DNA of 64,000 nt, taken from IMG/VR virus record IMGVR_UViG_3300031418_000003; one strand, given 5' to 3'. Below the pieces are notes generated by a model. It was given only the letters and a program-made list of their open reading frames with translations, was not told where the DNA came from and did not search any database. This document shows positions 53,848 through 64,000 of this stretch, one piece after another. A program made the translations under genes and the position numbers. This DNA is from a virus. Its lineage: Duplodnaviria > Caudoviricetes. Each line of letters begins with the position of its first letter. Position 1 is the stretch's first letter.

Positions 53848-56800
53848 ATGGCAGAGTTGATCAAAGTTAATAAGAAAGTTATTAACGATCCGCTGTTTAC
53901 GCCAGTGATTAAGTATCTTCAGGACCGTATCGCCAAATTAGAAGTTACGGGACCTGCAGATGAGCTGGCGTTATCGAAGCAACGTTATGACGGACTGGTT
54001 GCAGGCGATCTTGTTATTGAGAGCGCTGTTACGTTTCCAGATGGGGCTATTCGTGTCTGTATCATTTCGCGTAAGACGGGCTTTGCTCGTGTCGATATTG
54101 ATATTGCACAAGTGGCGATGGATGATATCTTAACTGACTTTGCTGTTCCCCTGGTAGAGATCGATGATGCTGATGCCCTGAAAGTATATGTGAAAGCATT
54201 GGCTGAACCGGTTGAACCTACCTTACTGTATCTGAAGTCTGAAAAGACTTATGGCGTATTGATTACTCAGGAACAGGCTAAGACCCACGAAGGCGCAATG
54301 ACAGCGTTCGGTGACTTGTTCTTTGAGAACTACGTTATCCAGCGTGAAAGTGAAAACTCCATCGATTGGGAATCACTGGAATGCGGTACAGTTACCATTA
54401 CTGATCCGTCATTCGGTCGGGGCGTTTATCCGCTGTTCATTTATGAGTTAGTGTTATCCGAAGCCCAGCTTCCGGAGATCACCTCTAACTTGCCAGCATC
54501 TGTTACCAGTCGTCGCGGAGAATCGTTTACGATTCCTAACACGTACACGTTTTCTGGTACGCAGGATATCACCACAGTCGCTACTGTAGAACTGAGCACT
54601 AAAGCTGGTTATGCGATTCTTGATCGGTCAGCTGATCTCCTTGAGATTGATGGCAACACGATCTATGGGTCGGCCAGCAAAGAGGTTACGGATCAGATCG
54701 TTGTTCGTGTTACCTATGACTGGAACGGTCGGTTGGTTCACAAGAACTTCTATATCGACTTGCTGATTGAAAAGGATCTTCCCAACGACCTGACAATCAC
54801 CTCAGTACCTTCTGACGTTGAAGTGGGTAACGGGAATACGGTTGAAACTGTATTGACTGCCACCTATAAAGGTGATGTGGTCGAGATTCTGATTCCGCCA
54901 GCTACACTCAAGTCTCAGGACAACCGCACCAATCTCTCCTACGTTAAAACCAATAAAGACTTGTCGATGGTTTACCGTGGTGTGGCGAATGGTCAGTTTG
55001 CTGGTGATATCCAGAAAGTCAACGCCCTGTGCCAAGGTGAGTTCAGTTACAGCGATAACGGCACTATTGTTAAGGCTACTGGATTTATCAATATCGTCAT
55101 CGTTAAGCCAGAGGTCCTGCCGACATTCAGTGTCACCGACGTTCCAACGTTCCTGCAAGGTTACAAAGGCGATACGGGTAGCTACAAGCCAGTCATCAAG
55201 TACGGTGATAAAGTTATCCCGCTTACTGACGTAGGTGTCTCAACAGGTGTTCAAGGTAGCAAGCATCTGATCGATGTTACCTCTGTTAATAACAACACCG
55301 GTGTGAGTTGGAAAATCGTTGAGGATTCAAATACCCCAGGGTTAGCGGTGCGCGATACCTTTACCCAGACTTACTCCTGGACGTCTGAAACGGGTGCCTA
55401 TTACAGTAAAGATTTTGTCATCTCTGTTCAGGCTAATCTTGATTCAATCATCAGTGTGGTTCCGGCTGGACAACAACCGCGCCAGGTGAAACGTTATCAA
55501 ACTGGCGGACCGACTTTTGATGTCGTGGTTAATGGAACGGTTGATAATACTGTCATTCGTACCTTGACTGTCGACGACCTCAAAGATCCGAGCGCAACTA
55601 ATGTTCAGTACATTATCAATGCCAAAGATCAACCTAACCGTTGGATGGTTATTCGGGCAGAAAAGACCGAGGTTACTTACAGTGCTAACTTTACCTTTAC
55701 TATCTTTGTAGACGGTAAAACCAAAACACTGCACTTCACCCAACAGTTTATCATCGAGAAGTATCCTGCTTCCTCTGGTGGTGGCGTTCCGCCTGTGGAT
55801 CCAACCAATCCAAATAACCCAGGTGGTGGTGTTGTGCCCGGTGAGGAAGGGACGGGTAACGGTGGTCCAGAAGGTCCGGTGAACGCAGACGGTGAATATG
55901 ATCCTACCCTGCCAGGCGGTGAGCAGAACGCTAATAGTCCTGGTGAAGGTGATGGTCCTTATAACACCGATATCACTGCTGTTCCTACGTCATTTACAAT
56001 GGCGGGTGATTCTGATAAAGCTTATCAGATGAGTTTCAAGATTTTCAAAGATGTCACTGACATTACTGCCGATGCCAAGATCCTGGATAATTTCACCATA
56101 GTACCAGAGTTCGTCACCATCAAAAGCATTGAGTACGATGCCAGCACTGATAGCTATGTCTTGAGCTACTTTAAAGACAAAGGCGGTAAGTCCCAAGGCG
56201 GGATCTTCCTCGTTGAGAAAACGTCGACTGATCCAATCGATAAGAAAAATATCGCACGCCTGTGGTTAAATGTTGACATCAAACAAAAGACCGTCTTGAA
56301 GTTGATTAACCCACCAAGTTCACTGGCGTTAAAAGTGGATGAAGCGAAAGCCCTGCCAATCTCTGTTGAGTTCAGTGGTAAGCCGGTTGCATTAAACGAC
56401 GCTAACCTGACGATCGCTATTCGCCAACCTGCTGGTAAACAACTGCTGACAACCATCACTGACATCAGTGATTCAGCCATTACGTTCCTGAACAACACCT
56501 GGGCTCAAGTGGGCGGGAATTACGGTGAGTCTGTGCCAGTGGTGTTCACGTATGTGGATCCGGCTACCGGGACCAGTTATACTCAGACACTGTCTCTAGC
56601 ATCAACAACCGCTTACCCCAATATGGAAGTGGTGTATGATGCAGCGCAGATCATCGATGCCAAGATCTGGGACACCGGCGCATTCCCGGTTCGGTTAATG
56701 GCGGGCAGTAAGGACTGGACAAGTGCCATCTCCTCAACCCAGCTGACCACCGGTAATAAGTATGTCAGCATCAAGAACCTGACTTGGGAAGTGATCAACG

Positions 56801-59800
56801 CTGATAAAACAGCAACTTCACAGATTGTTGGATTCAAGATCTACTACACCGTTGGCACCAGTGTTAACCAATCTCTGTCTGCAGACTTTAAGTTTAACTT
56901 AGCAGCCTGGGACGGCGTTACCTTTGCCGCCAGCAAGTTTGAGCCCGATGAGATCATTGCCTCATCAGGTGATTCCGGGACTATTGCAGCGTCGTTTGTC
57001 TATAAAGGAAAAGATGCAACTGAGTTTACCCAGTTTGAGAAAACCCTTTCTACAATTCCGGATACCGTAGACTTGGGGATGGTTGGTTACGATCCGCAGA
57101 TTGGTTTGATGATTCCGTTTACTTTAAAACGGGGCGGTACAAGTGTGATGAAGCTTGTCTTCTCAGCACCGGGTGCACCATCAATTCAGACAACGATCAA
57201 CATCAATACCGATGTGGCTTGGCCCGATGACATCAACATCCTTTCTCAGGGAAGTAACATTCGTGGTTATTATCAGGATAAGGTAAACTTTCCACTGAAG
57301 GTATTGGTTGCGCAAGATCCAGTTGATCTGACCGATGCCAACATGGAAGTCACCCTGAGCAGTGGAACGGGTGATCCAATCACGCTGGACAATATCCTGG
57401 CAGATGGGCTAGACGTGTTGTTAGCGGCCGGCGGGACACTTGGAACCAGTTATAACTATACCGTTGATATTGGTCTGAAATATACCAATCAAACCACCGG
57501 TAAAGTGTATACCAAAACTATAACTGTTCCTGCAACTATTCGTGTGCCTGCTGTGACGGTGAGTAACAACCCGGTGATTGTTGCCAACGTGTTCGACCAT
57601 AATACCATCCCGGTTACTCTGGCAGATGAACGTGGACGCTCTGTTCCTATCACTTCGTACGATACAAGTGGCGCAGGTTCAAATGTCATGTTCATGGTCC
57701 CGAATATCTGGTACGTAACCAACGGCCTCACGACCGGTCCAACTACCGGTGAATTGCCATTGCGGTTAGGTTACAGCATGGGCGGAGCCGATTACACCAT
57801 TGATGTCAGTGAGAAGTTCACCATCAATAAGTGGGACGGGATCTATTACCGAGCGACTACGACCACCACTAAACTGGAAGGCAATGCAGGGGATGTCGGT
57901 ACGATTCCATTTGTGTTTAGCTACCAGGGTTGGCCGGCAACCGGTTCTACATTAGACCTGACACGTTCAACGGTTCCGAACAATATCAATCTCGGCAGTC
58001 TGGACCAAGATGGGAAATTGAATTATACCCTGGCCGGTCAAGCCGATCTCGACTTGGTGTTGTGTTTTGTCCGCCCGAACCCAAGCACGCCGCAAGTTGA
58101 AGGCCGCGATTTTGCCAAGGTGAAACTCCCTGTCTCGACGAAGTCCAGTAACCTGCCGTTTACCTTGGTCAGCAATGACGATGCGATTACGTTGGACTGG
58201 AGTAAGTCTGGTACCATTAACGTTAAATTGAAGTACGGTGAGAACGAGGTTCCTGCAAACACCCCTGGGTTGAAGTTTACCCTGGCTAATGCGGATTACC
58301 ACGGCATCACGATTACTGGTACGACCAAAGACGGGATTGTGGTTAAAGCTACCCGGTCTGATGTCGCAGGGTCGACTACGGTCTATTCTGAAAACATCAC
58401 GGTCAGCTATGAAGTGGGTGCACCTGATCCGAAGACAGTTTCGTTTGATGCGAAAGCCACTGTCAGTATGGGTCCGGTAACGATCAGTAAAAATGACAAG
58501 GTCACTACGGCTATCTGGAATGTGGCTGCTTTCAGGCAAGTACCTTCCTTCAACGGTACCGAGCTTTCTACTGTTGATCATTTTGAACTCACTAATGGCA
58601 CCACCAGTAAGTACATCGAGATCATCTCCGCGAAGAACTATGAAGTCATTGGTGCTGAACCTGCCACGACGACACAGCAAGTTCCGACCACGCTGTATTA
58701 CAAAGTGGACAGTACGCCTGATCTTCAGGTATTGAATTTCACGGCGGATTACCAGATCGCTGGTTCTACTTCTGTTCGTTTTAAAGTCACTGCTAGTCCA
58801 ACCAAGCTTGAAGGGTCATTGGACAACGATGTTTCTGTTACCGTCACGCCTGTCTATAAAGACAAGAATGTGGGTGGTAGTGCGAAGTTCAAACCTGACC
58901 TGTCAACTATTCCACCACAACTGACACTCAAAGAGTATAAGGTTGTCGGAAACAACTATGTCATTACCTTCACCGGTGCAAAAGCTGGCGTGAGTAAAAT
59001 GACACTGGTGTTCTGGTCTCCTGATGCTGGCACAGCTCCACAGCCGCGTGATGTGGCTTCGTGTGATGTTGATGTTCAGGTAATGGGTGAGTTGGGTATT
59101 GAAATTGGTAACCGCGATAACTTGATCACAGGCAAGAATGCCGATACTGGCACTTACGCTATGCAGATCCTGTTTGGTGGCATTCCAATCGATGCACAAG
59201 CGGCTATTGCAGCGGGAACTTTAACGGCAACGCGGGAAGTAGGTGCAGCAAGTTCAACCAACGCCAACGTGTTGACGCTGAACACCTGGGCACCGGAAGC
59301 ATTTGACTACACCCTTACAGGTTGTGTTCAACCTAATGCTACGGTTAACGTCTCTGATTTCATCAACCTATCATACACCTACGGCGGAACTAAGTATACA
59401 GCCCGTGTGGAAATTCCACTGAAGTATACGTCATCGATTCCAACGTTTGACAAATGGCCAGCGGGTGCATTGCAGGTCTTCTCTAAAGGAAGTCTGAACC
59501 CAACCTCAGTGTGTGACGGTGTAAATATCGCACCTGGTATCGCCTCTATCTCCAACTACGGTGACACGGACGATACCTACATCACCTTGGGCGGAAGTGC
59601 GAAAACGTATGAAGTCATTTGGGGTGAAAAAGCTCAGATTACGCATAATGTTTCAACTCGCATTGTGGGGCAGTATCGTAACTGGCCTTGGTCAGCAATT
59701 GTGGATGCACCATTTACTATTGCAGCCTGGGATCAGCGTACATGGGCGCCGAAGATCAACCTTACCTCCTGGGACACTTATCCGGGTCTTGACGGCACAT

Positions 59801-62800
59801 CAACATTGAACCTTGTGTTGACTGCGATGTACAAAGCCCAGATCTATTCGTTTGGTTCCCGTGGAAATAGCTTTGATCCGTCTGTTACTGATTTGAAAGG
59901 GTTAATTGATGTGGCTTATGCAAGCACACCAAACCTGACGACTCAGTACTACACCATCAGTGCGAAAAGTGTTGGACAAGCCACACTGCGTTTAGGGTGG
60001 GATAGAACCGACGGTAATAAACCGGGCGAGCTTGATAAAGATTATGGGTTCACTGATTTCACCGTGAACATTCACCAAAACTCTTTAACGGGCGATGGGG
60101 GTAGTGGATTAAGTGGTGGTAACGGGGATACCGTTTCAGGTCCATTGGTTGTTCGACTGGCGAGCAATAATTCACAAATCCAGAACATCAATAGTAACCT
60201 GGTGATTAAGACCGTCGATGAATCAGTAATGAAAATTACTGGCTTAGCCGCTTCTACTATTACGGTTCAAATCACCGCACCTGTAACCCAAGCAGATGGA
60301 CCGGTCACGGTTCCAATGACCTTTACGTACACGGATCCAAATACCGGTTATGTGACGCGTGGGACATTCAACTACCCAGTGACCTTGAAGCGTCCTGCTG
60401 ATTGGCCGGTGGTAACTCAGGCGGTGTCTAACACAACGATTCTGAAGTTGTGGGATTACGGTCCTAACCCATTCAAAGTTACCTCGAGTGGAACAGATGT
60501 CACCAGTCAGGTAGTACCGACCAGTTGCGTGGATGACGTTGTTGGAAACGATGGAACAACCTCCAACTACATGCAGTTGTCCTTGGATCAACCGGTAGCC
60601 GGAACCTGGTTCTGGATCACTAAGAAGAATGTGAGTTCTTCTCGTCAGACGCGTGTTACGAAATGGAAATTAAACGTTCCTTATCGTGGTGGCACTGTTT
60701 CTGTTGATGGAAGTTTCACGTATGTCCGTGAAGGGGATGGTTCTAATCCAACGCCTGAATTCCAGGGCTCTACTGTAGCCGCGGCTACTATGATCAAGAA
60801 CGTGGGTGATCAGGTAGAAGTTCCGTTCAAACTGTTGTGGCGTAACTACAAGTACAGTAAGGGTGTCTTCCAGCCTACGCTGTCAGGTAATAGTACCGTT
60901 AAATTCAGTGATTACTTTAAAGTGGTGAGTCAGCGTTATGACGATACGGATGGAACAACGTATCTGAAGATCGAAGCAACGCAGGTTTACGAAGGCTCAA
61001 TGATCTTTGTGTGGGATAAAGCTGATGCCAGTGCAACCCCAACCGAGGGTGTGGATCGTGTTTCAATCTCAGCAAGTTTCTACAGTCTGGTCGTAACCCC
61101 AATTGCTAAGACATGGAACATTTGGGACAATGCGCGTCTTAATACGTTAGTTAGTATTAAAGACGGGACCACTGAGATTTCAGGACAGTGTCTGGTAAAC
61201 GCGATTAACAGTACTTTGTTGGTTGCAACTTCGACTGGAATTAACCCAAACATCCAAGCTTACTCTGATACAGCTATTGCTGAACAGACGGTTAACATTA
61301 CTTTCGATATTCAGTTACCTGCAGCTTACGGTAACCGTGTCATCAAAGTGATCATGCCAGAGAAGTTCAACGCCTACGACGGCAATGAATTTGTTCTTAC
61401 GCCGTTCGGTAATCAGGATCAACAACCTCGTCCATTGGGTACCGCAACTTCCCTGAGTGCAAGCACGATTAAATTCAGAGGAACAGGCGTCTCTACTACA
61501 CCTGGATATACTGCAGTTACCACGGCGGACTATGTTGCCCTCAATGGTGCTGGATTTACATTCGACAGCAAGGGTGTGAGTGGGGCAGCCAACGTTTGGT
61601 ACCTTACCTTCAGGAAAACAGGTGATCAGTTTGTGGGGACGGTTAAACACCCTATCCACTACACCGGTCCAGGTTTTGACAAATGGCCGAAAGGAACGTT
61701 GGGTAAGAACTACATAGAGTATCCACAAGTGGTGACCTTCTATGAAAACGTTCTGCGTATCTATCCTGATGACAAAGTTCCTGATCCAGTTTCAGGTGCA
61801 TTCAATGCGACTGTAGCTGTTCCAGTGAAGTTCAGTGTGGGTCTCAATATCGATGCCAACATCCAGCTTGCTAATGCAACCGGAATGACTGAGTCGATTG
61901 TCGGATCTACCATGGCTGGATTGGTAAGCTATTCAGGTAACTCAACAACGGGTGTCAATCTGCATATCGATTACGATAACCGTGGTGATGATATCACTGT
62001 TGATGTGCCGATGCGTGCCAGCATTAATAAGAATGTGAACAATTACGCAATCAGCGGTAATCGTGATTGGACGCAGAAAGTTACCATCAAAGGGTCGAAG
62101 CAAGGTGATACGACTACTGCAACCAATGTGACGAGTCCGTCTACCTCGGTGTGGGCAGTTGGAGCATTGCCGTTCACCATCGTGAATAACGGAACTGCAG
62201 TCCCGACCAGTAAATTCAAATCAGTCACTATTGATAACAACGGTTACATTCGTGTTCCGGAAACAAACCCAGGCTTTACTTCTCGGACTTGGGAGTGTTA
62301 CAACGGTGACAAAGCAGCAAGTCAACACACCGTGACCTTTACGGTAGTGTTTAATGACGGGTATAAAGATATCACGTTCACGCAGAGTGTGGTGTTTAAT
62401 ATCGCAGCTTACGACGGCGTTGATTTGAAGATCACCATGCGTAACTTGTCCGACTTCAACAGTGGGATAATTGCAGGCATTGGTGGTGGTGGGAACTACC
62501 TCGACTTCACAGGGACCTATCGAGGCGCGTTGCTGAATGGCGGTAATGATTTTGACCCGACTAACGGACGCTTTAAAGTCTGGGCGGCGAAATCTAATGT
62601 GCCGGCGTTTGACATTGCTAACCCAACGGGTGTGACCCAAGGCAGCACAGGTTCACCGCTGTATTACTATCAGCGTTACACCTATAAAGCGATTGGCGCA
62701 GACATGGAAACCAGCCAAACAGGTTATCTCGTTTACGGCCTTCGGGCTAAAGAGAATGATCCAGCGGCGGTTGAAGGCAAGGACTTCATTAAAGTCCCAA

Positions 62801-64000
62801 TGCCGTATTACGTGTTTAACACCTCTCGTCTATATGTCAACAGTGCTGACAGTACATTAACTGGGAAATACGGTGACGGAACGGCCAATGGAACCACTAT
62901 TCGGCTAGGTTACAGTATTCGTCGGGGTATCAGCGGTGTTCAGAACAATACAGGCGGTAGTGCCGCACTGGGTTCTGCTACTACTGACCCGAATTTGCTG
63001 TTTGTTAGCTACGCTTCAAATGTTGGGTATGAGCCTGTCTGGTTCCTGAACGAGTTAACGTCTGCTCCTCAGAAAACAACCCGCGTTAAGTTTACCGTTA
63101 ACCCAACTGCCGCAGTCGAGCTTCAGTCGTCGTTCTACGTTGACGTGACCCAAATCTCTAACTACGCGTTCCCGACTGTCAGCAATCTGAACACAGTGGA
63201 AACCACTATCAACCAGAGTGGAACACTGCCGTTTAAATTGACTGATGATGCAGGTAACGATATCACAAATCAAGCAACAATATTTGCGGTATCTGCAAAC
63301 GACTATATCCAACTGAAAGACGGTAAGTGGTTCTGCTATAATGCTCGTACTGGCGACACAACCACCAAGGTTACGTTGACCTATGCGATCACCTATAAAG
63401 GAAACGCACTGAAAGTCGAACAGGAAGTCACCTACTTGGTTAAAGGGTATACCGGACAACCAACAGCGGGTGATGTGAAAATCGTTAATGCAGCAGTGTG
63501 GGATAAAGGTACCGCTGTACCGTTCACGGTCTACATGAACAACAATCCGGTACCGGCATCGTGGATCACGGGAATCACCGGGAACTCTGCCAACGGTCGA
63601 GTAACAGTTCCTTCTCTGGCTAACCCATGGAAAGTCATTGCGGGGGATACCACCAAAGCTGTTTCTGATACAGTCTCGTATGTTGTAACAGTCAGCAACG
63701 GCACCTTGACCTGGACAGTGAATCAGGATGTGATCTTTAATATCGCGCAGTATGACGGTATTGAGTTTAAGATGAAGATCACAAACCTTGCGACCACCGG
63801 TGACTTGGTTCAGGTAGCGCGGAAAGATGGATTTAACACCACGCCTCCAACACCAAGTAATGTCACTGCGGCGCTGCAGGGTACGTACCGTGGTGAGATC
63901 ATTACTGCAAGTCCTGGCTTCACCAGGAAAGATCTGATCACCATGAAGAACATGAGTGGGATCAGTTTAAACAATGGCTCAACCGGAACGAAGACCTGGA
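53848..64000 (+). CDS. Giant (>3384 aa) tandem beta-sandwich (Ig-like) repeat protein, putative long fibre/adhesin; runs off the window end
   Basis: AGGAG RBS and ATG at 53848 (MAELIKVNKK). The sampled lines translate without stops, and the ORF track lists no terminated ORF from this start. Recurring motifs I(W/F)D, GxD(I/V/W)T, xA(W/Y)DG, LSTIP; P/G/N-rich linker at ~55770-55970. Confidence 0.85.
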   Translation, partial: MAELIKVNKKVINDPLFTPVIKYLQDRIAKLEVTGPADELALSKQRYDGLVAGDLVIESAVTFPDGAIRVCIISRKTGFARVDIDIAQVAMDDILTDFAVPLVEIDDADALKVYVKALAEPVEPTLLYLKSEKTYGVLITQEQAKTHEGAMTAFGDLFFENYVIQRESENSIDWESLECGTVTITDPSFGRGVYPLFIYELVLSEAQLPEITSNLPASVTSRRGESFTIPNTYTFSGTQDITTVATVELSTKAGYAILDRSADLLEIDGNTIYGSASKEVTDQIVVRVTYDWNGRLVHKNFYIDLLIEKDLPNDLTITSVPSDVEVGNGNTVETVLTATYKGDVVEILIPPATLKSQDNRTNLSYVKTNKDLSMVYRGVANGQFAGDIQKVNALCQGEFSYSDNGTIVKATGFINIVIVKPEVLPTFSVTDVPTFLQGYKGDTGSYKPVIKYGDKVIPLTDVGVSTGVQGSKHLIDVTSVNNNTGVSWKIVEDSNTPGLAVRDTFTQTYSWTSETGAYYSKDFVISVQANLDSIISVVPAGQQPRQVKRYQTGGPTFDVVVNGTVDNTVIRTLTVDDLKDPSATNVQYIINAKDQPNRWMVIRAEKTEVTYSANFTFTIFVDGKTKTLHFTQQFIIEKYPASSGGGVPPVDPTNPNNPGGGVVPGEEGTGNGGPEGPVNADGEYDPTLPGGEQNANSPGEGDGPYNTDITAVPTSFTMAGDSDKAYQMSFKIFKDVTDITADAKILDNFTIVPEFVTIKSIEYDASTDSYVLSYFKDKGGKSQGGIFLVEKTSTDPIDKKNIARLWLNVDIKQKTVLKLINPPSSLALKVDEAKALPISVEFSGKPVALNDANLTIAIRQPAGKQLLTTITDISDSAITFLNNTWAQVGGNYGESVPVVFTYVDPATGTSYTQTLSLASTTAYPNMEVVYDAAQIIDAKIWDTGAFPVRLMAGSKDWTSAISSTQLTTGNKYVSIKNLTWEVINADKTATSQIVGFKIYYTVGTSVNQSLSADFKFNLAAWDGVTFAASKFEPDEIIASSGDSGTIAASFVYKGKDATEFTQFEKTLSTIPDTVDLGMVGYDPQIGLMIPFTLKRGGTSVMKLVFSAPGAPSIQTTININTDVAWPDDINILSQGSNIRGYYQDKVNFPLKVLVAQDPVDLTDANMEVTLSSGTGDPITLDNILADGLDVLLAAGGTLGTSYNYTVDIGLKYTNQTTGKVYTKTITVPATIRVPAVTVSNNPVIVANVFDHNTIPVTLADERGRSVPITSYDTSGAGSNVMFMVPNIWYVTNGLTTGPTTGELPLRLGYSMGGADYTIDVSEKFTINKWDGIYYRATTTTTKLEGNAGDVGTIPFVFSYQGWPATGSTLDLTRSTVPNNINLGSLDQDGKLNYTLAGQADLDLVLCFVRPNPSTPQVEGRDFAKVKLPVSTKSSNLPFTLVSNDDAITLDWSKSGTINVKLKYGENEVPANTPGLKFTLANADYHGITITGTTKDGIVVKATRSDVAGSTTVYSENITVSYEVGAPDPKTVSFDAKATVSMGPVTISKNDKVTTAIWNVAAFRQVPSFNGTELSTVDHFELTNGTTSKYIEIISAKNYEVIGAEPATTTQQVPTTLYYKVDSTPDLQVLNFTADYQIAGSTSVRFKVTASPTKLEGSLDNDVSVTVTPVYKDKNVGGSAKFKPDLSTIPPQLTLKEYKVVGNNYVITFTGAKAGVSKMTLVFWSPDAGTAPQPRDVASCDVDVQVMGELGIEIGNRDNLITGKNADTGTYAMQILFGGIPIDAQAAIAAGTLTATREVGAASSTNANVLTLNTWAPEAFDYTLTGCVQPNATVNVSDFINLSYTYGGTKYTARVEIPLKYTSSIPTFDKWPAGALQVFSKGSLNPTSVCDGVNIAPGIASISNYGDTDDTYITLGGSAKTYEVIWGEKAQITHNVSTRIVGQYRNWPWSAIVDAPFTIAAWDQRTWAPKINLTSWDTYPGLDGTSTLNLVLTAMYKAQIYSFGSRGNSFDPSVTDLKGLIDVAYASTPNLTTQYYTISAKSVGQATLRLGWDRTDGNKPGELDKDYGFTDFTVNIHQNSLTGDGGSGLSGGNGDTVSGPLVVRLASNNSQIQNINSNLVIKTVDESVMKITGLAASTITVQITAPVTQADGPVTVPMTFTYTDPNTGYVTRGTFNYPVTLKRPADWPVVTQAVSNTTILKLWDYGPNPFKVTSSGTDVTSQVVPTSCVDDVVGNDGTTSNYMQLSLDQPVAGTWFWITKKNVSSSRQTRVTKWKLNVPYRGGTVSVDGSFTYVREGDGSNPTPEFQGSTVAAATMIKNVGDQVEVPFKLLWRNYKYSKGVFQPTLSGNSTVKFSDYFKVVSQRYDDTDGTTYLKIEATQVYEGSMIFVWDKADASATPTEGVDRVSISASFYSLVVTPIAKTWNIWDNARLNTLVSIKDGTTEISGQCLVNAINSTLLVATSTGINPNIQAYSDTAIAEQTVNITFDIQLPAAYGNRVIKVIMPEKFNAYDGNEFVLTPFGNQDQQPRPLGTATSLSASTIKFRGTGVSTTPGYTAVTTADYVALNGAGFTFDSKGVSGAANVWYLTFRKTGDQFVGTVKHPIHYTGPGFDKWPKGTLGKNYIEYPQVVTFYENVLRIYPDDKVPDPVSGAFNATVAVPVKFSVGLNIDANIQLANATGMTESIVGSTMAGLVSYSGNSTTGVNLHIDYDNRGDDITVDVPMRASINKNVNNYAISGNRDWTQKVTIKGSKQGDTTTATNVTSPSTSVWAVGALPFTIVNNGTAVPTSKFKSVTIDNNGYIRVPETNPGFTSRTWECYNGDKAASQHTVTFTVVFNDGYKDITFTQSVVFNIAAYDGVDLKITMRNLSDFNSGIIAGIGGGGNYLDFTGTYRGALLNGGNDFDPTNGRFKVWAAKSNVPAFDIANPTGVTQGSTGSPLYYYQRYTYKAIGADMETSQTGYLVYGLRAKENDPAAVEGKDFIKVPMPYYVFNTSRLYVNSADSTLTGKYGDGTANGTTIRLGYSIRRGISGVQNNTGGSAALGSATTDPNLLFVSYASNVGYEPVWFLNELTSAPQKTTRVKFTVNPTAAVELQSSFYVDVTQISNYAFPTVSNLNTVETTINQSGTLPFKLTDDAGNDITNQATIFAVSANDYIQLKDGKWFCYNARTGDTTTKVTLTYAITYKGNALKVEQEVTYLVKGYTGQPTAGDVKIVNAAVWDKGTAVPFTVYMNNNPVPASWITGITGNSANGRVTVPSLANPWKVIAGDTTKAVSDTVSYVVTVSNGTLTWTVNQDVIFNIAQYDGIEFKMKITNLATTGDLVQVARKDGFNTTPPTPSNVTAALQGTYRGEIITASPGFTRKDLITMKNMSGISLNNGSTGTKTW

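Noticed and set aside
54802-63459. Many short ORFs listed inside the giant gene
   Set aside because: They are antisense or off-frame shadows of the long open frame from 53848.

Overview
This 64-kb window is from a phiKZ-related jumbo myophage (Chimalliviridae-like). The GroEL-like chaperonin and GH19 tail lysin point to the EL/OBP branch, and the enterobacterial-type NrdB and LrhA-like HTH suggest an enterobacterial host (inference). Left part (1-26.4 kb) is the conserved virion core: split virion RNA polymerase beta-prime-N and beta-C subunits, a 2411-aa tape-measure/GH19 lysin, baseplate and head proteins, a UvsX/RecA recombinase, an SNF2 helicase and an RNase H-fold protein. Middle part (26.5-49.1 kb) is mostly minus-strand accessory operons with tdk, DHFR, thyA, a HAD nucleotidase, a chaperonin, GNATs, a ClpP-like protease and many small membrane proteins; several of these operons start at a repeated promoter-like motif (TTTCAGRC-N2-ATATTAT) and end in hairpins whose U-tract is offset from the stem. 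Right part: nrdB split by a 989-nt group I intron carrying an HNH endonuclease, a 715-aa beta-rich protein, and a >3384-aa repeat protein (53848 to window end) absent from the ORF track. Most notable: (1) a duplicated [unknown protein + HTH-only LysR] module, one copy carrying the LrhA/HexA/PecT recognition helix, in an early-type operon with a GNAT and an N-terminally truncated ClpP; (2) a ~190-aa domain present three times, at the N-terminus of the giant repeat protein, as a stand-alone gene, and fused to a disordered tail. All homology calls are from motif recognition and recalled sequences, not database searches.
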